A stretch of 64,000 nt of DNA from the human T2T-CHM13v2.0 reference genome, Homo sapiens. The stretch lies in NCBI RefSeq assembly GCF_009914755.1, contig NC_060928.1. The stretch is one strand, 5' to 3'. Shown in pieces: positions 45,266-60,089 of this stretch (its first letter is position 1; each line of letters opens with the position of its first letter). The notes beneath the pieces were generated by a model that worked only from the letters and a program-made list of their open reading frames with translations, was not told the origin of the DNA and did no database searches. The translations under genes were made by a program, and so were the position numbers.

Positions 45266-45749
45266 TAAAACTCATTTTGATAATTGAACTCATTTTAGTT
45301 CTGAGAAGTAAGATGCCACCTACCCTGTCTTGTTTGGGGGATCTTTTAGGTTTTTTATTACTAGTAGAACATTTAGGTAAGGGATCTTCCACCATGAGCC
45401 TTGGCCCACACCACTGAATGTGGTGATCTTTGTGACTCTCTCACTAGCACGTTCCTTATTGCTTGTGTAAATGGTGTATCATCTAGGTTCTCCTATTGAA
45501 TATTGTTCTCTGGTGACTTTTGTAGTCTTTTATAGTATACCCACTTTAACATGCCCACTTTTTCAAGCTTTTTCTTTCTTTAGCCTATTACCCTGCCATA
45601 ACAATTCTAGTTTTTCATTTAATTTAGTGTGGTACAGTGACTTTTCCACACTTAGAAAAGCCATCTTTTGGCATGCCTGTACCATCCCTGAACAACTTAC
45701 CAAGGTATCGACTCTTATATCTTAGGAGAGTGCTCCCATATCAATAGGG

Positions 45750-46086
45750 AGTCATACTTTGCTTAATGACAGGAATACATTCTGCGAAATGTGTTGTCAA
45801 GCAATTTCACTGTTGTGCAGACATCATAGGGTGTACTTACACAAACCTGAATTGTATAGCCTACCACACATCTAGGCTATATAATGTAGCCTGGTGCTGC
45901 CAGGCTACAAATGTGTACAGCATGTAACTGTATCAAATACCACAGGCAATTGTAAAACAATGGTAGGAGTTTGGGTATGTAAACATAGAAAAAGTATAGT
46001 AAAAATTTGGCTTTGTAATCTTATAAGACCACTGTCACATGTGCAGTCTGTAGTTGACCAAAACGTCATTATGTGGTTAATGACTG
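45750..46086. mobile_element. Tigger3a/MER7A-like TcMar MITE
   Basis: Terminal inverted repeats AGTCAT...ATGACTG; GTGTACTTACACAAACCT; TGACCAAAACGTCATTATG. Confidence 0.9.
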
Positions 46087-46999
46087 CACCTTCTTTTATG
46101 CAAGTGTATATCTGACACTCGTTGATCCAGCACCCTAAGAATCTAGTTTATGTGTACTTTCCCATTTATTATTGAATTATGTTGGCTAGGTTCAGTAGTT
46201 CCCTTTAGATATAGTCTCTTTCCTTTATTTGCAGGCACGGTTTCTCCAACTGGGTTATATTTTGACTTAACATTAGTGATTGGCTTAGTGGCAAAAAGGG
46301 TAGGTAGTGGGGAGCAGATGCTGAGTGGAGGTGCATTTTATCTTGTAGGAAATAGGCCTCTGAATTATCTTCAATCAATGGTGTGTGTGTGTGGCGGGGG
46401 GGTTGGTATCTCTTAATAAGGAGGAATAAGCTGCTTTTGCAAGCTCATATGGTTCGCGGGAATCCAGGGTTTCAAGATTTTCAGGTGAGTCCACATTAAT
46501 GTTCTTATCCCATGTGTCAGGGTCCCATTTTTTTTCTTAATTATTACGTGACCTTGGCATAACAGACCTGTTTTGTTGGAATTGTTGTTTTCTCTAGTGC
46601 TTGCGGATGCTTACTCTCACATTCCTGTGCCTCATCATCTTTCTCTGACAACCCACTGCAGGAGATAAGAATCCCTTTGGTTTTTACAGTTGGTTCTGAA
46701 TCACCTACTAATAACTATCAATGTTTTATTATCTTCTCACCAGAGCATAAAGTAGGCTTAGTAATAGTCACCCAATGCCATTGTCCTTAGAGTTATCATT
46801 TCCCCAATATTCCTCAAACTCTTGACACATTGTGCCAGCCACTGTATGTCCTTTCATTCTCGTACCATCCCAATTCATCATCAAACAAAGTTTTAACAGC
46901 TGCCCTGCTACTATGCTCCAGGGACATTCAATACTCTACCTACCACAATTTATAGGGCTCCAAAATCTCATTTTAGTTTCTTGGGTCACTCCTGGTATC

Positions 47000-47399
47000 A
47001 GCGGTCACAGGTTTGGTTCCTTTGGAGGCATTCACTAACAGGAAGGCTAGAGGGCATAAAGCTGGGTTGGACATAAAGAGATGTTGAGTTGTGACGTGGC
47101 CCCAACAAAGGCCTCAGGTCACCCTATGGGAGACTCTGGAGTTCTGGAGCTGAAATGGCCCATGTTGGGCTAATGAAACTAGGCCTTCCCACCCTTCTAT
47201 TGATCAACATTGAACATGCACAGCCCCAGAAAGAAAGCATGACCTTGGGCATAATAATTTTCTTCAGCTGAGGCAATCCTTAAAGAGGGTTGACAGCTGA
47301 GGTGTGTCTTCTGGCAGTACTCCCAGAACCTAGGGGGAAGATTCTTCTGATGATATTTCTGATAAGATATCTGGCAGTATATCATGGCATCTACCACAG
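47000..47399 (-). mobile_element. LTR16-like ERVL LTR
   Basis: GCATGACCTTGGGC...TTCAGCTGAGGCAATCC...GACAGCTGAGG; terminal CATCTACCACA. Confidence 0.7.
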
Positions 47400-47869
47400 T
47401 CCTTGTCTCTACTTCTTTCGTGTAGCTCAGAAATCACCCCACTGCTTTCTGACTTTCCTAATCCCTACTTCACGAAGACAACCCTAACAGAGGTCACTGA
47501 TGCCTTCCTTATGGCTGTTTGGGCTGAAAAACACTGTGCCTGAATTGTGTCCTTGGTTCAACTCATACAGATGCTCTTCTGTCTTCTAGGTAGGAAGAAG
47601 TGTGAGTGAGGGGAAAAAAGCCTGACTCCATGTAGACCCTCTAATCTAGGTGATTTCCTCAGAACACATTATGGATAATTTGGTCTTAGACTTGCCGTAA
47701 CTTATTGCAGTCTTTTGTATATACGCCTATTTCCCATTAAAGAGTAAAAATCTTGAAGATCGATTCATATTTGCATTTCTCGAATAGATTAAAATTCCAA
47801 GGACATATCATGCTAGTTTCCTTCTCCCTTCCCTTTCATCGTAATGGTGGCCCACGGGGAGAACCTCAA

Positions 47870-48670
47870 GATGTGACAACAGTGAAAATGCTGTAATCCA
47901 AACAGCATCAGTTGTCTGAACTAGGATGTGACAGTGGAAAGAGAAAAAGAGGCACATAATAAAGATTCCACAGAATTGATTTGACCAGATTTTATAATGG
48001 GTTTTCTGTGAAGGTTTAGGGAAGCTTAGTAAGACAAATATTGCTGTTGTGAAGGATACTGAAGATATGGGAAGACTGGTTCGGGAGCAAAAGGAAATAA
48101 TGAGTTCACTTTTGGCAATTTGAGTTGAAGATATTTGAGGGCTAATGATAGAAAATATCCAGAAATCTCCTAGACATGCGAGACTGAGCATTGAGAGGTG
48201 GCAATAATGGGACAAGAAACATAAATCCAGAAGTTATCTAGGTAATGCTTCTAATGGAAATCACTGGAATGAGTTGCATAACCTAGCCTGTAGAGAATAC
48301 AGAGAAGACAATCGTGCATTGAATCTTGGGTAACACATGTATTTGAGGATGTAGGAAGAAGAGACCAAGATACCAAGAAGGCAAGAAGGAAAGGATGAAG
48401 AGGTGAGACTAAAACACATGTAGTGTAGTATCAGAGATGCTATTAATAAGGGACATTTCAGGAGGGATGAGGTGTTTGATACAGTTAGCAATGTTTCAGG
48501 GACACCAAAGAGGGTGAATAAAGGAACAATGAACTTAGCAATTATTTATCATAATTCTATTAACAAACATTTTTGAGTGTCTACTTTGTTCTAGATATTG
48601 TGATAGACATCTAGAGATACAGCAATAAGCAAGGTTGATACAACTTCCGTCCCTAGGGAAATGAAAACAT
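47870..48670 (-). mobile_element. L2 fragments
   Basis: Purine-rich antisense L2 ORF2 region (GAGTTCACTTTTGG...TGAGTTGAAGAT) and antisense L2 tail (AACAAACATTTTTGAGTGTCTAC). Confidence 0.7.
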
Positions 48671-50774
48671 CTTTGAGAAGGCAGTTTTATTAAAGGGATG
48701 GAAGCTAAAAGGACATAGTCTCACAAACATAGTCTCACAGACAACTCTTTCAACTAGATGGCACAGGTATCTTTCTCAGCTTCTTTCAATTTAAATTCTA
48801 CTACTTCCTTTCTATTTACATATGATATCTGATAATACTTACTTATTCTACAAATGAAGAAATAGCACCGTGAAATAAGGGTCATGTCAAAAGCATGAAG
48901 TGAGTTAGTGACAAAGCTAGAAAGAAATTCTGATTCTATCGTTTCTGTTGTATTTTCACTATGCATGTCTGAATATTTATCAGACTTTAGGGTAATTACT
49001 TATCACTTAGAAATAGAGGTTTAATACCTCTTCTCAGGATATCATTATTGTTTTCTCATTTTGATTACAAGCAAGACATTAGACAGTAATATCCACTAAC
49101 TGTGCTAGGCATTGAGATTGACAGATGAGCAAAGCAACACCGTCCCTACATTCATAGACCATACAGAGAAGTATGGGAGAAACAACAAACGTAAATAACT
49201 TTGCAAATAGAAAAGAAATTCTGAGAAGATCTATGAAGGAATCCTGCAGAGGATCGATTAACACAAGCAAAAGAAAAATACACTAATGAGCTATTTTTTT
49301 TAACATATTACATCTCAATGAGTGCATTCTGAATATAATTTATTCATGCACGACTGACTCAGGTTCATCTTTATCAACAACACCCAGTACACGTGGTCAT
49401 ATGCACTGAGGACTCACAAGGCAAGTGAGGCATGGAGGTTGTTTTTTATCTTCCATTAATAACTCCAATCTTGTGGATTTTTATTGTTTTCTTTTCCAAA
49501 GCTGTCTCTATTCATTGTCTTATTTTATTTTATAAAGGAGACAAACACAAATAAATGAAGTAAGTGGCTTACTCAAATTATCAAGTACCTTAGTTTTTAT
49601 GCTAATTAGATTCTAGTTCTATGTTTTTCTGCCCCGTTTTCACTACCCAGGTCTAATTATTTATTAAATATAATTGATATTTATTGGATAGCACCTTCAG
49701 GATATGCTTGCCTAGCCTCATTACTGCACATAAATACACTTTCCACATGCTGACTTTGCTTTGTAGGAGGCAGAAAAAACAGATTCTATTCAGTACATGT
49801 GATGCCTACTGCACCTCTGCAGAGAATTCCTTCCCTTTGGTAAGGATGTCATCTACTCACCATTTCAGGGTAATGTTTGAAGGTTTCATTGGTTTGGTTT
49901 TGTTTATAAGGGTCAAAAAGAAGTCAGTAAGCATTAAATACAATCTAGCAGAAGGCTGTACAGCCCAAGTTAGTTTCAGTAAAACCAAATTTCCAGAAAA
50001 TGTAATTCTGTTATTGGCTGAGGCTATTAGCAACCAGGAGGTGGTAGTGGAGACGATGAATGTTGTTATTTAAGCTAAAGAAACATAAGGCTACTCCCCA
50101 GTATTCATCTTACTTAGCCAGATCTTTATAGACTTCAGACCAGGGTCTGTTCCAGTAGGAGCCACGTTGCTTTCTCTGGAAAAAGAAAAGTACGAATTAG
50201 AATATAAAATTCTGAACCCTGGGGACCCATGGCCCCAGCCTGTCACTTGTTTCAATTATTGACTTGTAATAAGCACCCTTGAAGAATAGAGTTGTTGAAT
50301 GACTAAATGTGCCATCTCTGGAGTAACATTTCCCATTTGACCACTTTAGTCTTAACAATGCATGCCAACATATATTATTTTGTGAATGATAAATAATTCA
50401 TATGATGACTCATACTATGCAGGGTTTTTCCTTGAGAGAATGACACCATTCATACAACTCTATCATGATAATGAGGCAGAATCTGCCTTCAAATATTACT
50501 TTCCCCCCAAATTTAGACATATAGAGAACCATAATAAGTCTTTTAAGAAATATTTCATTGATCGGTTTCTTGCGTAATAGATCATGGAGAATTGGTGAAA
50601 AAAAAATAGAAGAATCTTGAAGCACATGTTGAGAACTGACACTCCAGTGTGGCTAGCTGAGAATTTTCTTATGATATAATCATTTTAGAAAGGAAGAGAA
50701 GGAGATGAATATATTACTAAGATAAGATATAGGCTTACAAGGTAACTAGATCCATTTTCTGGGGAGTAGACTAA

Positions 50775-51121
<347 letters not shown>

Positions 51122-51254
51122 TAAGAAGTTTTAATAATACAGATTGCACTGAGCTGCTTTGAATGCTCAGTAATGCCAATAAACATAATGCACTGCATTA
51201 AGATTAAAGAGAACCTTCTTTTGAGCTGCTGAATTAAACAGGGATGTTCTCTAA

Positions 51255-51256
<2 letters not shown>

Positions 51257-51296
<40 letters not shown>
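51257..51296. repeat. (AC)20 microsatellite
   Basis: Direct reading. Confidence 0.97.
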
Positions 51297-51298
<2 letters not shown>

Positions 51299-52589
51299 AA
51301 CTTTAATAGGCATCATCAAAACATTGCCTGCTTTTTTTCTCTTAATTAATCTTTAGTTGCAACCCACTTTAAATATTATACAGAGAAATTTTCATTTTGA
51401 TTTCATAGATGTAGTACAATTACTCATTGATTAATCTGACAAAATAAATCTCTTTCAAATTTAGAAACTCCTCAAACTTTTCCAGTTTTAGGGTTTATTT
51501 TGGAGATCTGCAATTAGCAAGAAAACATTTTGGGTTTACTAAAATTATTTTTTCATTTAATTCTGTAATAGATATATTAATGCCAGCAATATGTAATGAA
51601 GGTATTTCACAAGTATTTATTGAGTGCCAGCTCTGTGTCTCACACTGGCCTAGGTGCTGGGAATTTAGCAGTGAATAAAAAATAAAATTTTTGCCTTGGT
51701 GGGGCTGGTATTTCAGTGAAATCCCTTATTTGCATTGCCCTTTTGAGATTTAAAGAGCTTTCTCTTTCTCTTCTTTTCCACTTACTACAGTTTTCATATG
51801 GGGTTGTTGCGTCAGGCATTATCAATAACACTTTTTACAAATAAAGAGAAAAAAGCTTAAGTGATTTTCCCCAAATTTGTACAGGTGTGGAAAAGCACGA
51901 TCTCTTTCACTAATCTTAAATTATTCTAAGTAATAAACTGATTCTAAATGCTAAAAACTTGTTTCTTTCTGTCTTAAAAATGTCTGTATGCAATGCTTTT
52001 ATTTACATGTTAAAAATACAATGTGATGCTCAGAATTGAATATCTAGTGAACAGTTCTTCTACTTGTTTAATTAATGTGTGTGCTGTATCTCAGAGATGA
52101 CCATACCTAAAATATAAGATAGTGGTTCTTATCTATTAGTTCCCAGGATTTGGACTACGAATATACATAATTAAGTCGTTCTACCCAGTCAGCTCAGACC
52201 AAATGTCTGTTCATCTGAATGTAGCCAATTGTGGTGAACTGAGTATCAATCGGCTCTGAAAAATGTAGGTCCAAAGATAAGTTACAGTTCATCCTTGCCT
52301 TAAGAGTCATAAGTATCCAATAGAAAAAGTCTATAACTAATCATTGCAGCAGCACAATCTGTGATTGTTTATTAATGGAAACTTCATGGGAGCAGAGACT
52401 CTATTTGTCTATGAGTGCATTTTCAGTGCCTGAAACAAAATAACCTCTTAGTAAATATTTATTAAATAAAGAATGGATACAAGCGCTGTAAGAGACGTAT
52501 GCACTAGGTTTATTCTGTTGGGCTTAGGACTAATTGGAAACTCAGTCAATAGGGGTAAATCTTTGATCTGAGCCTATGATCATATTAGG

Positions 52590-53230
52590 AGGACATTCAT
52601 TCATTCACTCATTCATTCATTTGCTCATTCATTCAAGTTTTCATTCAACAAATATTGTACTGTCAATATAGTATTGACCAATTATTATATAAGAGAAATT
52701 GTCAATATAGTATCTACCAATTACTATATAACAGAAATTGTCTTAGATGTTGAAAGATGGAACCACATTGCCATCAAGGAGCTTGGAGTCTAAGAAGCCA
52801 TACATGCAAATACTGAAAAAACATCGAAGTTGCTGCAATATTGCATTGAATATAAACTAGTACCTGCATATAGTAGGCTTCTAATAAATAACTAGAAAGT
52901 GAATGACTGGAAGAACAGAATGAGATGCCTCTGAATCTTCTAGGCAAATCAGAGAAGACATCCCAAAAAAGACGATTTGAATTTTTACCAGAAGGATTGA
53001 AAGTGAAGGTCTGTGGCATGAGAGACCATAATGGGTTCAGGGAAATTGCAATAATTTCTGGGGTATGAAATGCAAACTCAAGTAGAATGATTATCAAAGG
53101 TCATGAGTCTGTATACAAAGGCAGAAGTCAGTTCGTAAAAGGCCTTGTGTTAACATTCTAAGAATTTAGATTACTTTTCTTCTGTGAGAAAGGAGGAGGC
53201 TTTGGAGTTTTGAACAAAGAGGAATGTGAA
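52590..53230 (-). mobile_element. L2 with (CATT)n tail
   Basis: CATTCATTCATTCA...TTCAACAAATATT followed by degenerate L2. Confidence 0.7.
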
Positions 53231-54040
53231 TAGGTTGATCTATGAGAAACTTCTTTTTATCTGCAACATATTGGAAAATGGCTTTTTGTGATCCTCTATG
53301 TAAGATAAGTACCCACACCTCACACTTTATCCTCTTACCTTTCTTTGTTTTTCGTTACAATAATTTTCTTTTTAACAGACTCGCATCACTAATCCATTTA
53401 CGGTTTGCTTTTATTTAGCTATTTAACTAGTCGTTTTTAACATTATAAGAAGTACCTGTGTACCTAACCAAAAACAAAAATTGGGAACTCAATAACAACA
53501 ATAACCTGTGTGTAAATATGATTTTCTCTAGCAACTCATTGTCCTGACTTTCCCTGAAAGACTTAGCCAGTATTATGAAGCTTGTGTTCCTCATTCACTC
53601 TTTCTTTTTCTGTGGTTTAGCTGAATTTATATGTATTCTAAAAAAGCATGATTTTGCTTTATTTATTTTTAATTTCATTAATAGGGCATCATATTTTAGA
53701 CTCATTTTCACTTTTTAAATTTTTTTCCATGTAGATAAGTTTTGACTGTTTTTAAAATATTCCTTTTTATCACTGCACCATAGATAATTTAAATTGTTTT
53801 GAAGGGACAGTTATTGTGATCAGTTACTATGAAAATTATTTTATGTGGATTCTGTTTTGCTTGCACAAGTGTTTCTTTTGCATATATACTAACAAGTGAA
53901 AGGGCACCAGCACCAGGAATGTAGAAGAGCTATTTTGCATTCACTTTGTCCTGAGAATTGTTATTGTTTACCACTGAAATATTTGCCAGTGAAATAGAAG
54001 TAATATAGTATCTATTATTTCTTGATTTTTATTTCCCTGC

Positions 54041-54403
54041 TGTGTTAATCAGTTTTCATGCTCCTAATAAAGACATATCCAAAACTGGGAAGAAAAACTG
54101 GTTTAATGGACTTACAGTTCCACATGGCTGGGGAGGCCTCACAATCATGATGGAAGACAAGGAGGAGCAAGTCACATCCTTCATGATGGTGGCAGGCAAA
54201 GAGAGAGAGCTTGTGCAGAGGAACTCCTCTTTATAAAATCATCAGATCTTGTGAGATTTATTCACTATCAGGAGAACAGCATGAGAAAGACCTGCCCCCC
54301 ATGATTCAATTATGTCCCACTTGTTCCCTCTCATGAAACGTGGGAATCATGGGAGTTACAATTCAAGATGAGATTTGGGTGAGGACATAACCAAACTGCA
54401 TCG
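54041..54403 (-). mobile_element. THE1C/D-like solo LTR
   Basis: GGACTTACAGTTCCACATGGCTGGGGAGGCCTCACAATCATG...ACAATTCAAGATGAGATTTGGGTG. Confidence 0.92.
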
Positions 54404-54539
54404 TGTGGTCACTAATGATACTGAATATTTCATACATATTTATCAGACATATGTATTTCCTCAACTCTGAAATGTTGAAATGAACTTCAACTCTGAGTTT
54501 TGTTCCTTTTCTACTATTGTGCTGATGTTTTATTTGTTG

Positions 54540-54708
54540 GCATTATTTATACACTTCGACAAATAAATATGTATATATATTTACAGTTTATGACAAACAA
54601 AAATATATATATTTACAGTTTACATCATGGTGCTCTGATATATGTATACTTGGTGAAATGATAACCACAATCAACCTAACATATCCATAATCTGACATAG
54701 TTACCATT

Positions 54709-54744
<36 letters not shown>

Positions 54745-56140
54745 TGTGTGTGTGGTGAGAACATTTAAGATCTATTATTCTCTTAGTAGATTTCAAGTAT
54801 ACAGTACAGTATTAACCATAGTCATTATGATATATGCCACATTTTCTTTAACCATTCATCCATCAATGGACAATTGGCTGTTTCCATATCTTGGCATCTT
54901 GGCTATTGTGAATAATGCTGCACTGAACATGAGAGTACAGCTATCTCTTTAGATACTGATTCAATTTTCTTTACATATATATCCAGAAGTGGGATTACTG
55001 GAACATATAGTAGTTCTATTTTTAATTTATTGAGGGATTCTCCATATTTTCCATATGGCTGTACCCATTTACATTCCCACCAACATTATGTAAGCCTTCC
55101 CTTTTCTCCACACCCACACCAACATTTATCTTTTGTATTTTTGATAACAGTCATCTTAACAGGTGTAAGGTGATATTAATTGTGGTTTTAATTTATATTC
55201 CTTCATTGTTAGTGATGTTGGACATATTTTTTTCATATACCTATTCACCATTTATTTGTATGTCTTCTTTTGAGAAATGTCTATTCAGGTCCTTTGCCCA
55301 ATTTTAATCAGAATATTTGTTTTCTTGTTGTTGGGTTGTTTGAGTTCCTTATAGATTTTGTTTTCTAACCCCTTATCAGATACATGGTTTGCAAATATTT
55401 TTTCCCATTTTCCAGGTTATCTCTTCACTCTATTGGTTACTTTCTTTGCTGTGAAGGAACTTTATAGTTTGATGTAATCCATTTTTCTATTTCTGCTTTT
55501 GCTGCCTATACTTTTTATGTCATATCCAAAAAATCATTGCGCAAATTAATGTCAAGAAGCTTTTCTCTTATAGTAGTTTTATAATTTTATGTCTTACATT
55601 CAAGTCTTTAATTCATCTTGCATTTGTATTTGTTTATGGTGTGAGATAAAAGTCCAATTTCATTTGTCTGCCTGTGGATATTCCATTTTCCTAACACTAA
55701 TTATTGAAGAGACTATCCTTTCTCCATTGATCCTTTCTCCATTGTGTGCTCTTTGTACCTTTGTTGAAGATTAGTTGACTGTAAATGTATGAATTTATTT
55801 TGGGGCTCTTTATTCTGTTCTGTTGGCCCGTATTTCTGTTTTTATTCCAGAATTGTACTGTTCTTATTCCAGTATCATACTATTTTTATTACTATAGCTT
55901 TGTAATATATTTTGAATTCAGGTAGTGTGATGCCTCCAGCCTTGTTCTTTTGGCTAAAAATTAGACTATTTGAGGTCTTTTGTGTTTCCATATAAATTTT
56001 GGGATTTTTTTTATTTCTGTAAAAATTAACTTTGGAATTTTTATAGAGATTTCATTGAATCTGTAGATTGCTTTGAGTAGTATGGACATTTTAATAATTT
56101 TTTTTTTCAATCCACAAACACAGGATATTTTTTCATTTTG
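54540..56140 (-). mobile_element. Old L1MA/L1MB-like 3' portion containing (TG)n at 54714-54753
   Basis: 3'UTR (TGTGTGTGGTGAGAACATTTAAGATCTA) and antisense ORF2 C-terminal sequence. Confidence 0.88.
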
Positions 56141-56574
56141 CCAATATGATAGCTATTTTCTCTAGTATTTGGATAATATCATCCTATTGTCTTTTGGCTC
56201 TAGCCCTACAATTATTAAGTAACATTGAAATGTGCCCCATTGTAAGGCACAAAATAGATTCTGGAACTAGCCTCTGTGAGTTTACATTTTGAATTATATC
56301 TGTGTTACCTGATTCAATAGATTATTCTTCAAGACCAAAAGTCAGTCTCCGGAAATATCAGGCACCATTGAATACTAGATAAACTACTTAATGAGTAGGT
56401 AACTTACTGTTTGAAAAGCTCATTCATAAGCCAGCAGATTGAAACAACCATAATTTTTGTAGGGTCTTACCTTACTTTAGAGATTACATAATAAAAATTA
56501 CAGCAATATGCATAAAAAATGTTATAACACAGACTTGAATATATTTGAAAAAATATTTTTAGATGGCACAAAAC

Positions 56575-56805
56575 AGGTGTAGAGTGTGATTTATAGTATA
56601 AGCTCTGAAAACTGATTGGTTTCAAACCATAGCACTACCTCTTAGCAGCTATGAAACAAGAAACAGTTAATTTCTTTGAGCCTCAATTTTCTCACATGTG
56701 AAATAAAGATAGAGCTTTTGTGATTAGAAAGCAAGATAATCTATATAAAGTGCTTAGCACAGAGCCTGGCTCCTGGTAAATCCTTAATTAATGTAAGTTG
56801 TTAGT
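56575..56805 (+). mobile_element. MIR
   Basis: GAGCCTCAATTTTCTCA...AAGTGCTTAGCACAGAGCCTGGC. Confidence 0.75.
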
Positions 56806-58271
56806 TGTATGGCCACTTGTAAGGCTTTTGCTGACATATTTTTCTTCTGTTTCCCAGAGTTGAATTTAATTTATAAGCATATAAAAGAACTTTCAAAGGA
56901 TTTGGAAAATATACATTCATATACCTTTAGAAATGAGGGAAACATAGATTTTATCAGATCTATTGAAGTGTTTTGTACTTGTGGAAACTGAAATAAAGTG
57001 AAATATTTTACATCATTAACACCAGATTTTAGACTAGAACCTCTGCCTTTACAGCAATTTTTCATTCAGTGGACTCTCTACTACCTAAGATGCTGGTCAC
57101 CATAAGCATTTGAAAACAAAACTGGAAAAGTCTGGAATAATTGGATGTAGATAGTTTCCAAATGTGAGCTATTAATTTGAGACATGAACAAGCATGTTTC
57201 CTTCCCCATCTTGACCCTCCATTCAAGATTTTACGTAAAAATGATTTCATTAAGTTTTTTACATTCATCAGAATGAGGCCTAAAAGTACATAAAATAGAA
57301 CAAGTTAAAACATTAAATTGTAATGTGTTTGAAAACTTGATTCTATGCCAATGAAACTATAAGAAACAATGTCTATAAGGAACAGAGTCTGGTGAAGGAA
57401 ACAGATTTGTTCAGCAAGAAAAAAAATCATAAACATGATGAGATTTCAAAATGCCTGAGACTTAGAAGTGCTAAATTAAAATGTTTGGAATGAATAAATT
57501 ATATAAGAAAAATGGATTAATCAAGGTATGAGTACTTAAATTTGAGAACTTTATGTAAGATGATTTAAGTGATATGGAGGTTAATGTGGTTTAAGTTTTG
57601 GGGTGCTAGCTCTCTCAGTTCTCTGAGAATGTAACTGACCCTACTCAAGCTTCGTTCAGTCACTTTCTACCAGTCTAGACCCCAGCACTGGAGTTTTCAG
57701 CTCTATTTATGATGGTGCTGTTTCTGATATATAGAAAAACAGGACATTTTAGATGGCAGGTTTACCAGTCTGGCACTTTCCCCACCTATAACACAATGGG
57801 AATCACTAAAGTGGAAAAACATTAGAAATATAAAACCTTTTAGGTTGCCTAGTATTTAGCTAGATGGCCCAACAAAGATAATGTGTTTTCCAAATGCTAC
57901 TGTTTTCTCAAGGATGGAAATGAAATGAATATTTTCCCACCACCACCTAGTGCTGCCTTGATAATATTCTCTGATGCACCAGATGGTGGAAAACAAACTT
58001 ATTTTTCCATAGCTTTCTTGATTGAGCAGTTATTTATATGCCAATGGGATCCATTTATCCACCTTTATTATAAGGCTTTTCATCCTTATAGACAATAAAT
58101 TCAAATAAAACAATCCTGGTAAGTTGATATACTTTATCCAACAGATGAGCTGAAGTGTATCAGGGTATTTATTGTACTTACTGTTCGCCCAGCAGCTTAT
58201 TACTTCCTCCAAAAAGCAGAAGAATACAGAAATGGCGTTACAAGAAAAAATACTCTGTGCCTTAATAATTG

Positions 58272-59132
58272 TACTATTGAGAACAGTTTGGAGGCTCTGC
58301 AAAAACTAAAAATAGAACTACCATATCAATCCCACTGGTGTGTATATACCCCAAAGAAGGGAAATCAGAATATGGAAAAACTATCTGTACTCCCACGTTT
58401 ATTGCAGCACTCTTCACAAGAGCCAAGGTTTTGAAGCAACCTAAGTGTCCATCAACAGATAAATGGATAAAAAATATGGACTTATGCACAATAAGGTACT
58501 ATTCAGCTATAAAACAGAATGAGGTCTTGTTATTTGCAACAGTATGGATGGAACTAGAGGTTATCATGTTAAGCAAAATAAGTCAGGTACAGAAAGACAA
58601 GCGTCACATATTCTCACTTATTTGTGGGATATAAACTTCAAAATAATTAAACACATGGAGCTAGAGAATAGAAGGATGGTTACCAGAAGGTGGGAAGGGT
58701 ATTGGGAGGTGGGGTGGAAGTGGGGGTGGTTAATGGGTACAAAAACACTTTGAAAGAATAAATAATACCTAGTATTTGATAGCACAACAAAGTGACTATA
58801 GTCAAAGTAATTTAATTGTAAATTTTAAAATAACTTAAAAATATAATTGAATGGTTTGTAATCCAAAGTATAAATGCTTGAAAAAAAATATATATGCCAT
58901 TTTATTTTACATGCATGGCAGTCTTGAGGAGTAGCTATAATTAATATATTGATATTAATTAATTAATTAAGGAGTAGATATAATTAATATACATCTTGAA
59001 TATATATATTCTCTATATAATCTCTATATTTCATATATATACTATATATACTCAATATATATACTATACATACTATATTTTATATATGTACACATATATA
59101 TAGTATCCACAAAAATTAACAACAAAAAATAT
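58272..59132 (+). mobile_element. L1MA2/3-like 3' end with an AT-rich expansion
   Basis: ORF2 C-terminal peptide 58338..58634; 3'UTR CCTAGTATTTGATAGCACAACA; end CCACAAAAATTAA. Confidence 0.9.
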
Positions 59133-59138
59133 TTAGCT

Positions 59139-59304
59139 GTATCAGCATCTGCTGGAGGGCTTGTTAAAACACAGGTTGCCGGACTCTATCCCTAGAGATT
59201 TGAATCAAGCAGTCTGGGTTAGGAACGCACAATTTTGCATTTCTGATGAGTTCCCAGTTGCTGCTAATGCTGCTGGTGCAGGGACAACACTTTGAGAATC
59301 CCTG
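59139..59304. mobile_element. MER5A
   Basis: GGAGGGCTTGTTAAAACACAG...TTGCATTTCT...CACTTTGAGAA. Confidence 0.88.
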
Positions 59305-60089
59305 GGTTAGGCTGAAACGATGATGACAAAAGTTTATGAGTTTACCTTTATATTTGACTATTATAGCTCCTTAACGTCCAGCTAACTTGATTTATTTAGG
59401 CTCCATACTGTAGACATTTTCTAATAAATCATTACCTTCCAAAAATAACATGACAAGAAGGAGGCTGTGTGAAAAAAGTGTTTGCTGCAGGGTATTTTTG
59501 CCATTGAAATAGTACCAAGTTTCATATGGGAAATTTCAAGGTACTATACTTTTTTCCTCTCCTTTTATATTCAAGGAATTATATTCATGCATCCGAGAAG
59601 AGAAAAAGAAAATTACATGCCTTACAATGACTTTCTCAAATCCTTCATTCAATCATTTAAATTATTTCGACAGTGCCTTCATTATTATCTGCAAGTAGTT
59701 AATCTCATTTGAGAGACACCTATGGTGAAATTTTAGATCACTCAAACCCACAGTGTGCAGAAGAATTTCTGGTACTGTTTTTCATTCAGGTTATAAAAGA
59801 AAGTTATTATTTTAACTTGAACAAAAAATAAAAACTCATGTTATTTTTTTTCCTAAGAAAAGGGCTCAAAATGGAAATGACAACAGAAATTTTACTGTAA
59901 AAACATGTTGGGTGTTGGTATCTTGTTCCAGATTCTATATACAATATTGAGCTGCAAAATCAAAGAATGGTCTTCTACAGTGACATGAATGTGGACAAAT
60001 AAAAAAGAAATATTGATTGTAAGAACTAAAATGAACATTCAGCCCATACTTCCTTTTTCTGACACAAGAATACATGTTTTGGTACTATC

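Noticed and set aside
46440-46490. Consensus donor CAG|GTGAGT
   Set aside because: No convincing upstream acceptor or promoter; isolated donors are common.
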